From an uncultured virus (IMG/VR IMGVR_UViG_3300024354_000012) (Duplodnaviria > Heunggongvirae > Uroviricota > Caudoviricetes): DNA of 54,217 nucleotides. The notes under the pieces are model-generated. The model did not search any database. It was not told the origin of the DNA and worked only from the letters and a program-made list of their open reading frames with translations. Shown one piece after another: positions 45,152-53,897 of the stretch; positions within the stretch are counted from its first letter, which is position 1; each line of letters opens with the position of its first letter. Location: the IMG/VR virus record IMGVR_UViG_3300024354_000012; one strand, 5' to 3'. Position numbers and translations under genes: made by a program.

Positions 45152-45315
45152 AAGAAGATCCCGAAACTGGCGAATTGGTAATGCCATTGCCTGACGATGC
45201 TCTACAGCAAGCAGGATTTAAAGAAGGCGATATTTTAGTTTGGAAAGATCTTGGTAACGGATCATTTGAACTAAGAAAAAAGGTTGACAATCAAGATACA
45301 AAGGATGTAAAATAA
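45103..45315 (+). CDS. AbrB/MazE-like DNA-binding protein
   Basis: LVMPLPDDALQQAGFKEGDILVW. Confidence 0.65.
   Translation: MSDITNETKKHWTITLEEDPETGELVMPLPDDALQQAGFKEGDILVWKDLGNGSFELRKKVDNQDTKDVK
45284..45313 (+). promoter_or_regulatory. Sigma70-type promoter TTGACA-N18-TAAAAT
   Basis: queE ATG (45320) lies at the expected +1, with no SD. Confidence 0.6.
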
Positions 45316-45319
45316 AACA

Positions 45320-46168
45320 ATGAGCAAAATCAAGATAGCAGAACTATTTTATTCAATTCAAGGCGAAGGACGCTATATGGGTGTACCTTCGGTCTTCTTG
45401 CGTACTTTTGGTTGTAACTTTAAGTGCGCAGGCTTTGGTATGCCTAAAGGAGAACTCAGCAATGAAGCAGATAATATTGACCCATCTCTTTACACCGAGT
45501 ACAAATCGCTTCCTTTGGTGTCTACAGGTTGTGATAGTTACGCTAGTTGGGATCCTCGCTTTAAGCATCTTTCTCCCGTTTTGGATACTGATGCGATTGC
45601 CGATGCTATTGTGGATACGTTACCTTACAAAGAATGGCGCGACGAACATCTCGTGATTACAGGCGGTGAGCCGTTGCTAGGTTGGCAACGTGCTTACCCA
45701 GACTTGCTACGTCATCCTAAGATGGCAGGTCTCAAGGAAATCACTTTTGAAACAAATGGCACTCAGCCGCTAACTGAAGAATTCGCAGAGTATTTGTTAG
45801 AATGGTTGATGCCTCATCCAGAATATCACAAAGAAATCACATTCAGTGTCAGTGCTAAACTAAGTTGCTCTGGTGAAGCAAGACATGAAGCTATTCGGCC
45901 AGATGTAGTTTGTAACTACGAAACTCTAGGATATACATATCTTAAATTTGTTGTGGCTACAGAAGAAGACGCAGAAGAAGCTATCGAAACAGTAGACCTT
46001 TACAGAGCAGAAGGATTTACAGGACCGGTGTATTTGATGCCTGTAGGCGGTGTAGAAAGTGTTTATACATTGAATAATCGCCGTGTAGCAGAGCTAGCAA
46101 TGAAGAACGGTTTACGTTATAGCGACAGATTACAAGTGCCGTTATTTAAAAATGAATGGGGTACATAA
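45320..46168 (+). CDS. queE: 7-carboxy-7-deazaguanine synthase (radical SAM)
   Basis: ELFYSIQGEG, FLRTFGCNFKC...GCDS, VITGGEPLL, FETNGT, LKFVV, YLMP, RLQV. Confidence 0.9.
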   Translation: MSKIKIAELFYSIQGEGRYMGVPSVFLRTFGCNFKCAGFGMPKGELSNEADNIDPSLYTEYKSLPLVSTGCDSYASWDPRFKHLSPVLDTDAIADAIVDTLPYKEWRDEHLVITGGEPLLGWQRAYPDLLRHPKMAGLKEITFETNGTQPLTEEFAEYLLEWLMPHPEYHKEITFSVSAKLSCSGEARHEAIRPDVVCNYETLGYTYLKFVVATEEDAEEAIETVDLYRAEGFTGPVYLMPVGGVESVYTLNNRRVAELAMKNGLRYSDRLQVPLFKNEWGT

Positions 46169-46596
46169 TGAAAGATTGGTTAAAGAAAATCACAGGTATT
46201 AAACAATTAGAAGAAGAAAAAGCTCGTGCCGAACAAGAACGCACCGAAGCACTTGCTCGTGCGGCTGAAGCGCAGGCTAAAGAGGAAGAAGCTAAACTAA
46301 CTCCTAAAGAACGTGCTACCAAAAAAGGCGAGCCTTGGGTAGCTGTGCTGGATACTAAAGTAAACAAAGATAATATACGTAACGGTTTTTTTGAGCTTGA
46401 CTGGAATGAACAATTCATAGTACAATTAAAGCAAGAAGGATACGGATTTGACGGCGACCTTGATGAAGAAATCGTAGATCGTTGGTTCAAAGATATCGTT
46501 CGAAACATGCTAGCCGACGAAGGACAAGATACTACTCGTGGGGCTGGTTATATCAATGTTGTTCCTATTACTAAAGAAAAGTCTGCTATTTCATGA
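46168..46596 (+). CDS. Hypothetical protein
   Basis: Coiled coil then GEPWV...NGFFELDWN; start re-placed to 46168 (TAATG). Confidence 0.7.
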   Translation: MKDWLKKITGIKQLEEEKARAEQERTEALARAAEAQAKEEEAKLTPKERATKKGEPWVAVLDTKVNKDNIRNGFFELDWNEQFIVQLKQEGYGFDGDLDEEIVDRWFKDIVRNMLADEGQDTTRGAGYINVVPITKEKSAIS

Positions 46597-47579
46597 ACTA
46601 TATCTTGGTAGATACAGCTAACACTTTTTTCCGTGCTAGACATGTTATCAGAGGTGATGCTGATATTAAAATTGGCATGGCTTTTCATATCACTTTTAAC
46701 AGTATCAAGAAAGCATGGAAAGACTTTAATGGTAGCCATGTTATTTTCTGTTTAGAAGGTCGTAGCTGGCGTAAGGACTATTACGAGCCATATAAGCGTA
46801 ATAGAGCAGAAAGTCGTGCTGCGCTAACTGCGTCCGAACAAGAAGAAGATAAATTGTTTTGGGAAGCGTTTGACACGTTTAAAGAATTTATTTCAGATAA
46901 AACAAACTGTACAGTATTACATAATCCAAGGTTAGAAGCAGATGATCTCATCGCTGGTTTTATTCAAAATCATCCTAACGATAACCATATTATTATTTCT
47001 ACAGACAGTGATTTCGAACAGATGATCGCCTCGAATGTAAAACAATACAACGGTGTAAGCGAAGTTACTATTTCACATGACGGATACTTTGACAGCAAAG
47101 GTAATAGAGTTAAAGACAAAAAGACAGGTGAAGATAAGGCACCGCCTGATCCACAATGGTTGCTTTTCGAAAAGTGTATGCGAGGAGACACATCTGACAA
47201 TGTCTTTAGTGCTTATCCGGGTGTGCGCACAAAAGGCACAAAAAGTAAAGTCGGTCTGCTAGAAGCATTCGAAGATCGTAACAGTAAAGGATTTTCGTGG
47301 AATAACCTCATGCTACAACGTTGGGTAGACCACGAAGGAAAAGAACACAGAGTTTTGGAAGACTATGAGCGAAATCGTAGACTTATAGATCTTTCATATC
47401 AACCTGATGATATCAAAGCCATCATCAAAGAAACTATCGATCAAGCTATTGCTGCCGATAAAAATATCAGTCAGGTTGGAATTAGGTTGATGAAGTTTTG
47501 TAATCTGTATGATCTTAAAAAGATCGCAGATCAAGCCAACCTATATGCTGAACCACTCAATGCGAGGTACACACAATGA
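46593..47579 (+). CDS. rnh: T4-type RNase H / 5'-3' exonuclease (FEN family)
   Basis: ILVDTAN, SWRK...YKRNR, EADDLIA, STDSDF, GDTSDNV. Confidence 0.9.
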   Translation: MNYILVDTANTFFRARHVIRGDADIKIGMAFHITFNSIKKAWKDFNGSHVIFCLEGRSWRKDYYEPYKRNRAESRAALTASEQEEDKLFWEAFDTFKEFISDKTNCTVLHNPRLEADDLIAGFIQNHPNDNHIIISTDSDFEQMIASNVKQYNGVSEVTISHDGYFDSKGNRVKDKKTGEDKAPPDPQWLLFEKCMRGDTSDNVFSAYPGVRTKGTKSKVGLLEAFEDRNSKGFSWNNLMLQRWVDHEGKEHRVLEDYERNRRLIDLSYQPDDIKAIIKETIDQAIAADKNISQVGIRLMKFCNLYDLKKIADQANLYAEPLNARYTQ

Positions 47580-48052
47580 CAGAATTACATGCTAAACCAA
47601 TTATCGAAAATAAGTTTTGGATAGTCGAAAAAGATGGCAATAGATTTGCTACACTAAGAAAGAACGAAGATGATCGTTTTGTTCTTAGCAATGAGTCAGG
47701 TGTAAAAATCTATCCTAGTAAAGAAAGCCTAACTAAACAGTTTGGTAAAGATTTTTTTATCGCCAAGATTGTCAAGGAATCTAGAGATTCAGAAGAAAAC
47801 GAAGTACATGGTTTTCCAACTAGCGTCAAGCCACATAACGCCATGTTTGACATACAACGTAAACTACCACTGTTTACCAAAAGTGGCGACAGCAAGAGTT
47901 TATACTGTTCTGGCTACTATGTGATCCGATTCGATAAAGGTTGGGTCAAAAGTTTCTGTCCCAAGTTAATTACTTTACAAAGATACGAGTATAAAGGTCC
48001 ATTCAAGACAGAACTGGAAATGAGACAGGTATTAGCAAATGTCTCAAAATAA
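47576..48052 (+). CDS. Hypothetical protein
   Basis: Coupled ORF; LPLFTK..SKS..C.GYY, CPKLITL.RY...GPFKT. Confidence 0.7.
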   Translation: MTELHAKPIIENKFWIVEKDGNRFATLRKNEDDRFVLSNESGVKIYPSKESLTKQFGKDFFIAKIVKESRDSEENEVHGFPTSVKPHNAMFDIQRKLPLFTKSGDSKSLYCSGYYVIRFDKGWVKSFCPKLITLQRYEYKGPFKTELEMRQVLANVSK

Positions 48053-48287
48053 ACTACCCGATACCTTTCCTTCTGTAGAAAGATTCATACAGCGTACCAT
48101 ACAAGCTGAAAAGACTAATCAGCGAGAGATTCGCATGACTCTAGAAGAAGCTAAGGATATAGTAACTGATCTTAGTATCTTGACTAGTAAATTGGGTAAA
48201 CACATAAAAGAAATACACGAAAAGCTGGATAAAATAGCTGTACAAAGCAATCAAGTGTCTATTAATATGGACGGGGGAACTTTTTAA
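48039..48287 (+). CDS. Hypothetical protein
   Basis: Packed ORF ending MDGGTF. Confidence 0.65.
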   Translation: MSQNKLPDTFPSVERFIQRTIQAEKTNQREIRMTLEEAKDIVTDLSILTSKLGKHIKEIHEKLDKIAVQSNQVSINMDGGTF

Positions 48288-48290
48288 CGG

Positions 48291-48329
48291 CATAAATATA
48301 TGCGTGTATTATAAATCGAGAAACGCATG
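48291..48329 (+). promoter_or_regulatory. Late promoter CATAAATA plus hairpin over start codon
   Basis: ATGCGT (48300-48305) pairs with ACGCAT (48323-48328), which covers the ATG at 48327. Confidence 0.5.
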
Positions 48330-48617
48330 AGTAGACCAAAACCCAAGATACTTTTAGAGTATGCTAATAAAGAAAACTATAAGGTAGAACAGGTTCTTGA
48401 AGCTGAAGCTATCTGGGCGGTCTTTTATAAAGGAAACCCCTTCAATTTAAAGAGCGGTAGTTTGGTAGCCAGTTATCCAGGACCAAAATACAAGAAGGTA
48501 AGTTTTTCTAATCCAGGACACGCTCACAACCTTGCCAAGAAACTGAACAAGATGTTTAAGTCTACCGACTTCCAAGTTGTTAAACTAACATCCGGTGAAA
48601 TTCTTGGCAAACAATGA
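48327..48617 (+). CDS. Hypothetical basic protein
   Basis: MSRPKP...GPKYKKVSFSNPGHAHNLAKKLN. Confidence 0.7.
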   Translation: MSRPKPKILLEYANKENYKVEQVLEAEAIWAVFYKGNPFNLKSGSLVASYPGPKYKKVSFSNPGHAHNLAKKLNKMFKSTDFQVVKLTSGEILGKQ

Positions 48618-49006
48618 ACAAAGATAGATATACCAAAATATTTCTAACTGCGGCTGATTTAGTTTCAGACGATGAAGCCGTAAAGGCAAAAAGAACAGAA
48701 TGGTGGTATAATAATCGAGATCAAGGTGGCCTAAGATTGACAGAAGCAGGGTTGGATTTTGTCATAGAAAAAGCTAAAATAAAAACATACAACATCAAGT
48801 TCCCAGGAACATTTTCAATCACTCCACAAATCTTAGTATGGTTAGATCGTTTCATAGACTGTCCATTTTATCTAACAAAAAAAGACATAACTGTGCTATC
48901 AGAAAAATCAGCATTTGAATTATATCTATTTTCAGGCGATGTTAAAAAAATGGGATATTCGAAAGCTCTAGCCAAAAGATTAAGCCAAGAATCCCTAGAA
49001 CAATAA
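48614..49006 (+). CDS. Hypothetical protein
   Basis: ATGA-coupled; GGLRLTEAG, LDRFIDCPFY. Confidence 0.7.
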   Translation: MNKDRYTKIFLTAADLVSDDEAVKAKRTEWWYNNRDQGGLRLTEAGLDFVIEKAKIKTYNIKFPGTFSITPQILVWLDRFIDCPFYLTKKDITVLSEKSAFELYLFSGDVKKMGYSKALAKRLSQESLEQ

Positions 49007-49026
49007 ACATAGGATTTAAATATATC

Positions 49027-49302
49027 ATGATGATAGAGCTCAACCCCCTGAATGTCATACAGGAAAGAAAACTTTCTTGGTGTCCTCCGCATTTTAAAAC
49101 TGCGAAAATAAAAAGCCAAGACACTGGTTGGTGGGCTCTTGGCACGCCAGCCAACGATCTAGAAGACTGGATTACATTCAGATTACAGGGAAGATATTGT
49201 ATCATAAACACACCGACAGAATCAGGGGAGCAATCCACTTTTGTTGGTTTTGAAGATGAAAAAGAACTAACATACTTTATGTTGGCTTGCCCACACATTT
49301 AA
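49027..49302 (+). CDS. Hypothetical protein
   Basis: Preceded by TTTAAATA (49015-49022); FVGFEDEKELTYFML. Confidence 0.65.
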   Translation: MMIELNPLNVIQERKLSWCPPHFKTAKIKSQDTGWWALGTPANDLEDWITFRLQGRYCIINTPTESGEQSTFVGFEDEKELTYFMLACPHI

Positions 49303-49312
49303 GGAGATAAAA

Positions 49313-49564
49313 ATGGCAGAAGAAAATAATACACAGACTAACGAAGCACAGGCCACTCAGCCTACCAATCAATCGGCTGCGCCTGACTTAACTATCAACG
49401 ATCTCAATGCTGTACGCACCATCCTGGATGTTGCTACTTCGAGAGGTGCTTTTAAAGCGAACGAATTAGAAGCCGTTGGTAAAGTTTATAACAAATTAAA
49501 CAGCTTCTTGGAAAGTGTAACACCAGCTACACCTAATCAAGCAGCACCACAAACCCAAGGATAA
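49313..49564 (+). CDS. Hypothetical protein
   Basis: AAGGAGA SD; LTINDL...IxDVATSRGAFKANEL..VG..YNKL. Confidence 0.7.
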   Translation: MAEENNTQTNEAQATQPTNQSAAPDLTINDLNAVRTILDVATSRGAFKANELEAVGKVYNKLNSFLESVTPATPNQAAPQTQG

Positions 49565-49568
49565 TATC

Positions 49569-50156
49569 ATGACCACAGCACTAAAACACGTGGGGCGATT
49601 AAAAGATACAAAACAAAAGGTCCTAGTAGTGTTTAAGACCATTCCAGACGATTTCTATAATTGTTTGGTAGCTAGTACATCTAACTTTAATGACGAAGAT
49701 CATAATTCTATCATGACCGTCGTAGAAAGCACACAAGGACAAGATGCTTTTGAATTAGGTGAAGTACTAGCCAATCGTTATTTTAGAGATGGCAGACCCA
49801 TGCTGGCTTCTCTACATCAAGATGGCAAGTTAGTCAAGATTCCTACAAGTAGGATAGAAATGACTCCGACTACTACCGATGTGATCAATTTAGATGAACT
49901 AAATGTTATGATCGCAGAACAAAGAGGAACACCAGTTCCTAATAAAGGAGTAGAAGTACAAGAATTAGCCAGAGTACAAGACATACCAAATACTGCCGAT
50001 AGCGCACAACCGTTGTCTGATAAAGACCTAGCACGTTCTTATCGCAGTCAAGCTGATGCTATGTATAAAGAAGCAGCCAGACTACGCAAACAAGCAGACG
50101 AATTAGATCCGCCTGCTAAGAAAACTGTCAAAGCTAAAGAAGAAGTAAGTGCCTAA
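49569..50156 (+). CDS. Hypothetical protein
   Basis: AAGGA SD; C-terminal YRSQADAMYKEAARLRKQA helix. Confidence 0.7.
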   Translation: MTTALKHVGRLKDTKQKVLVVFKTIPDDFYNCLVASTSNFNDEDHNSIMTVVESTQGQDAFELGEVLANRYFRDGRPMLASLHQDGKLVKIPTSRIEMTPTTTDVINLDELNVMIAEQRGTPVPNKGVEVQELARVQDIPNTADSAQPLSDKDLARSYRSQADAMYKEAARLRKQADELDPPAKKTVKAKEEVSA

Positions 50157-50463
50157 AAAATTTTTTAAGCCGCCCGCAGATGTCGTCAAGGAGTGGCCCG
50201 AAATATTCGAAGATATGTATATGAGCAGCATGCCTGTAAAATACATACGGGGAGTCGAAATAACATTCGACGACGGAAGAGTTTGGGCCATAGACATCTC
50301 AGAACAGTTAGATTTAAGAGATGAAAAAGAAATCTTAGATAAGCTATTTGCTGCTTTCAAAGACTATCAAGAAGAAATACTAACTGTTAATTTCCAAGTC
50401 GATATTTCAAAATTGAAAACCGACGTAATAGATTCAACGAAAGGCCTATTGGACGACAAATGA
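50149..50463 (+). CDS. Hypothetical protein
   Basis: GTG start, overlaps its neighbours. Confidence 0.6.
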   Translation: MPKKFFKPPADVVKEWPEIFEDMYMSSMPVKYIRGVEITFDDGRVWAIDISEQLDLRDEKEILDKLFAAFKDYQEEILTVNFQVDISKLKTDVIDSTKGLLDDK

Positions 50464-51128
50464 ATGTTAAACTGGTTTCCTATTCTCAACCAACAGCAGA
50501 GTTTGCGAACATGGGCATCTCGGATGCGCAGGAACTCATTGCGTACTGCGCCCGTGTGTCCAACCCAAGCAATCAATTTAACACCGAGACATCAGAAAAA
50601 CTCATCAGATACTTGGTCAAACACGCACACTGGAGCCCACTCGAAATGGTCTCAGCCTGCGTTGAAATCACAACCACCCGGGACATTGCCAGACAGATCT
50701 TGCGACACAGAAGTTTCAGTTTCCAAGAATTCAGTCAACGCTATGCTGACCCAACTAAAGATCTTAAATTCGTTACAAGAGAAGCTAGACTCCAAGACGA
50801 CAAAAACAGACAGAATAGTATCGAAGCAGATGATCCAGAGTTACAAGCATGGTGGGATGCCAAACAAAAATGGGTCATTGAACAAGCTCGCATAGCCTAC
50901 GAAGAAGCTATCAATAAGGGCATGGCAAAAGAACAGGCTAGAGCAGTATTGCCAGAAGGTCTGATTGAAAGTAGGCTATATATGAATGGAACCTTGCGCA
51001 GTTGGGTACATTTTATAGAATTGCGTTCAGGTAACGGAACTCAAAAAGAACATAGAGAAATAGCCAAAATGTGTGCTCAGGTTATTGCTCAAGTGTTTCC
51101 AATGAGTGTACAATATATACAAGATTAA
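50460..51128 (+). CDS. thyX: FAD-dependent thymidylate synthase
   Basis: HWSPLE, ThyX motif RHRSFSFQEFSQRY, EQARAVLP, TQKEHR. Confidence 0.95.
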   Translation: MNVKLVSYSQPTAEFANMGISDAQELIAYCARVSNPSNQFNTETSEKLIRYLVKHAHWSPLEMVSACVEITTTRDIARQILRHRSFSFQEFSQRYADPTKDLKFVTREARLQDDKNRQNSIEADDPELQAWWDAKQKWVIEQARIAYEEAINKGMAKEQARAVLPEGLIESRLYMNGTLRSWVHFIELRSGNGTQKEHREIAKMCAQVIAQVFPMSVQYIQD

Positions 51129-51147
51129 CTTTAAGGAGAATATCTCT

Positions 51148-51825
51148 ATGTTAGCAACAGGTACATATAGAAGTGCGGATGCCATTAACTCTGCTATGTT
51201 GAGAGTCTACAATCACATGCTCAGTGCTGTTGTGATTTCTGGACTGACTGCCGCAGGTGTTGCCAGTTCACCCGCATTATTGTCTTTCTTTTTTACAGGC
51301 CCAATGATGTGGGTTACACTATTCCTGCCGTTGGTTTGTATCTTAGGATTTGCCTTTGCTCAAGAAAATTTGAGCAAGACAGGACTACAACTATTCCTAA
51401 TGGCATTTGCTGCTCTTATGGGGCTTAGCCTTAGTGCTATGTTTGCTGTGTTCACTTTAGGTTCAGTAGTCAGCGCATTTTTAGGATCGGCGGTTCTGTT
51501 TGGTACCATGAGCTTTTATGGTTACTTTACTAAACGCAGTTTAGAAAGTTTAGGCCAGTTTATGTTTATTGGTTTGATCGCTATCGTTATCGCAAGCATT
51601 GTCAATATCTTTATCGGTTCATCAGTAATGACCATGGTGATTTCAGCATTGGCAATCATTATATTCTTAGGTTTAACAGCCTATGACACACAACAAATTC
51701 GTGAAATGGTAACTATTGATTCCGACACCGGACGAGAAGAAGTATTAGGTGCGTTGACACTATACATGGACTTTATCAATCTGTTTATCAATCTATTACA
51801 GATTATTGGTGTTAAACGGGATTAA
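51148..51825 (+). CDS. Bax inhibitor-1/YccA family membrane protein
   Basis: About 7 TM segments, YGYFTKRSL, TAYDTQ, ALTLYMDFINLF; start placed after the AAGGAG SD. Confidence 0.88.
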   Translation: MLATGTYRSADAINSAMLRVYNHMLSAVVISGLTAAGVASSPALLSFFFTGPMMWVTLFLPLVCILGFAFAQENLSKTGLQLFLMAFAALMGLSLSAMFAVFTLGSVVSAFLGSAVLFGTMSFYGYFTKRSLESLGQFMFIGLIAIVIASIVNIFIGSSVMTMVISALAIIIFLGLTAYDTQQIREMVTIDSDTGREEVLGALTLYMDFINLFINLLQIIGVKRD

Positions 51826-53239
51826 GTTTTTTACAGTAAAAATAAAATTCTGCCAATTCGGGGAACGTTTCTAAAAAATTCGTTCCCCGTCTCTTATCAT
51901 GTTCATCGACAAAGGCTACAAAATCTTTTCTATTTCTATCCTGTAGTCCATCCATTCTGCTACTGAATATAGAATATAGACGTTCTAGTTTCTGTATCTC
52001 GCTTTTATAAAATCCGACAGAATTGTCACCTTTAGAAACAGTATTAGCTTTCATAAAAGCAATTTGTTCTTTGATCATAGACATGATATCTTTGGTCAAG
52101 ATACCTACTGTTTGATGAGGAGGATTATTCAAATATGGTATGTCTAGATTAACAGGATGGGTGCCTATATCAATATTAAAGACTTTGTTTAGTACTCTTT
52201 CGTACCATTTTGGTTTTCCATATTTTTCATTAAGATAAAGGATATCTTTTAGAAACTCTGTATAACTAGTAACAGACAGAGCATTATAAGTGCTCATTAT
52301 TCCTATCTTGGCTCTGGGAACTTCTGTTAGATACTTTTCACAATTAGACAACCACTTGGCGTAATCTAATCCGAAACGAATATACTCTGCTTGTTTGCCA
52401 TGTGCTTCACAGCTAGTATAAACAAGAATAGATTTTACAGATTTTGATATCTGTATCTTTTTAAGTTTTTCTATAAACTTATCAAACAGGTCATCAGGTA
52501 CACAAAAATTCGAATTGATGTTTAATTCTAGATTCTTATTAGGATTTTCCAGTATATGATCTAACACTCTGAAAGTATGCTTGCTAAGGAGAGGTTCGCC
52601 TCCAGTGATACGGAATGTGTGTAGAGTTGGGTATAATTCAGGCCACCATTGCCAAAATGCTTCAACATATGGATTATATTCTCTTTCAGGATGTGGCATC
52701 TTGTTCTGTATCTGTACCCATTCTAGATTATTAAATCTCATAGAAGTAGGATACGGACCAAACTCTTTTATCTCTTCCATCCACTTGCTGCTAACATCCG
52801 GAGAGCAATACGAACACTTAAAATTACAAACATTTGAAAAAGAAATTTCTAGATAACTAGGATTTACGTTACCATCTGATCCGGCTGCTAGATATTCTTT
52901 CAATCTATCTTTAGACCAGGGTTCGTAACTTTTTAATATCCTATCGCTGAGTGTATGACCACTGTCCTCAGCTTTCCAACAATAATCACATTCGCTAGGG
53001 CGAGATCCATCTAGCATCTGTTTACGCAACAGTTTTTTGTATCCTGTATTATGTAATGCGCTGGGGTTTTCTTTTATTTCTTCTATAGGGATGACATGAG
53101 TTCTAGGGTGATGGCAACTGTGCGTATGCCCTACACCAAGATGTATAGTTACCTGGCTCCATTTGGCCGTACAGAAGCTAGGACTAATCTTGTCCATTTC
53201 TTTCTTATATTCTAGACGTTCTTTAGTCCAACTGTTCAT
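51812..53239 (-). CDS. Radical SAM enzyme with N-terminal Cys-rich (SPASM/twitch-like) domain
   Basis: CNFKCSYC, ITGGEPLL; N-terminal CTAKW...HSCHHP...CDYCW. Confidence 0.85.
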   Translation of the reverse strand: MNSWTKERLEYKKEMDKISPSFCTAKWSQVTIHLGVGHTHSCHHPRTHVIPIEEIKENPSALHNTGYKKLLRKQMLDGSRPSECDYCWKAEDSGHTLSDRILKSYEPWSKDRLKEYLAAGSDGNVNPSYLEISFSNVCNFKCSYCSPDVSSKWMEEIKEFGPYPTSMRFNNLEWVQIQNKMPHPEREYNPYVEAFWQWWPELYPTLHTFRITGGEPLLSKHTFRVLDHILENPNKNLELNINSNFCVPDDLFDKFIEKLKKIQISKSVKSILVYTSCEAHGKQAEYIRFGLDYAKWLSNCEKYLTEVPRAKIGIMSTYNALSVTSYTEFLKDILYLNEKYGKPKWYERVLNKVFNIDIGTHPVNLDIPYLNNPPHQTVGILTKDIMSMIKEQIAFMKANTVSKGDNSVGFYKSEIQKLERLYSIFSSRMDGLQDRNRKDFVAFVDEHDKRRGTNFLETFPELAEFYFYCKKLNPV

Positions 53240-53897
53240 ATTGATTTTTTAACCACACAAAATCATTTATTTTTTTAAGTGCTTCTTGATTGTCTTTGTT
53301 TTCTCGACCAAACTGTTCGCCTGCTCTAGCACCTTTAAGAGATTCATAAGCAAAAGGAGAATCGTTAGATTCAGTACACCAAATTTTTAATCGTGCTTCG
53401 TCTGTTTTTATATTTCTATTCTTGATAGTGCCCGATGCTAATTTGACACACTCCCTAAATGCTGTTCTCCAAGCATGGAATGCTGTGCTGTTATAAGCAT
53501 GATAATTCAACACATGTTCTACTATCTTTATTCGGCCATAAAAACTGGTACTGAAATCTATGCGTTCTTGATCATCGAACAGAGTTTTATCAAATATTTT
53601 TATTCCGCCGTGACCGTATTCCAACCCATTTATAGGATTTCTTGCTCTAAAAATATAGATGTATCCTCTTTCTTGTGTTTTCTTGTAGACATCAAAAAGA
53701 TTAAAATCATCCAAGAGAACAGCATCTCCATCTATAAGCATAAATTGATTAGTGTCAGAGATATTAGCACAGTGCTTATGAGACTGTGCTATAGACATTT
53801 TGGTGTCTATTTTTTTAAGATCTTTTATCTTTTCTTTTGCCAGCTGAAAGTTTTTTTCTGCGTTTGGCTCATCATATGCTAGGAAAAATTTTTCCAT
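53223..53897 (-). CDS. Putative GT-A-fold glycosyltransferase-like protein
   Basis: YDEPNAE, IDGD (DxD), NPINGLEYGHGGIK, AWRTAFRECVKL. Confidence 0.5.
   Translation of the reverse strand: MEKFFLAYDEPNAEKNFQLAKEKIKDLKKIDTKMSIAQSHKHCANISDTNQFMLIDGDAVLLDDFNLFDVYKKTQERGYIYIFRARNPINGLEYGHGGIKIFDKTLFDDQERIDFSTSFYGRIKIVEHVLNYHAYNSTAFHAWRTAFRECVKLASGTIKNRNIKTDEARLKIWCTESNDSPFAYESLKGARAGEQFGRENKDNQEALKKINDFVWLKNQYEQLD

Noticed and set aside
45103..45315. MazEF-like toxin-antitoxin module
   Set aside because: The AbrB/MazE-like gene has no adjacent toxin; the downstream gene is queE.
234..53882. Numerous short antisense or alternate-frame ORFs in the track (e.g. 3204-3542, 25925-26362, 33245-33718, 50464-50895, 53475-53882)
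   Set aside because: They lie within well-supported genes, have no SD or motifs, and are the expected shadows of codon bias.
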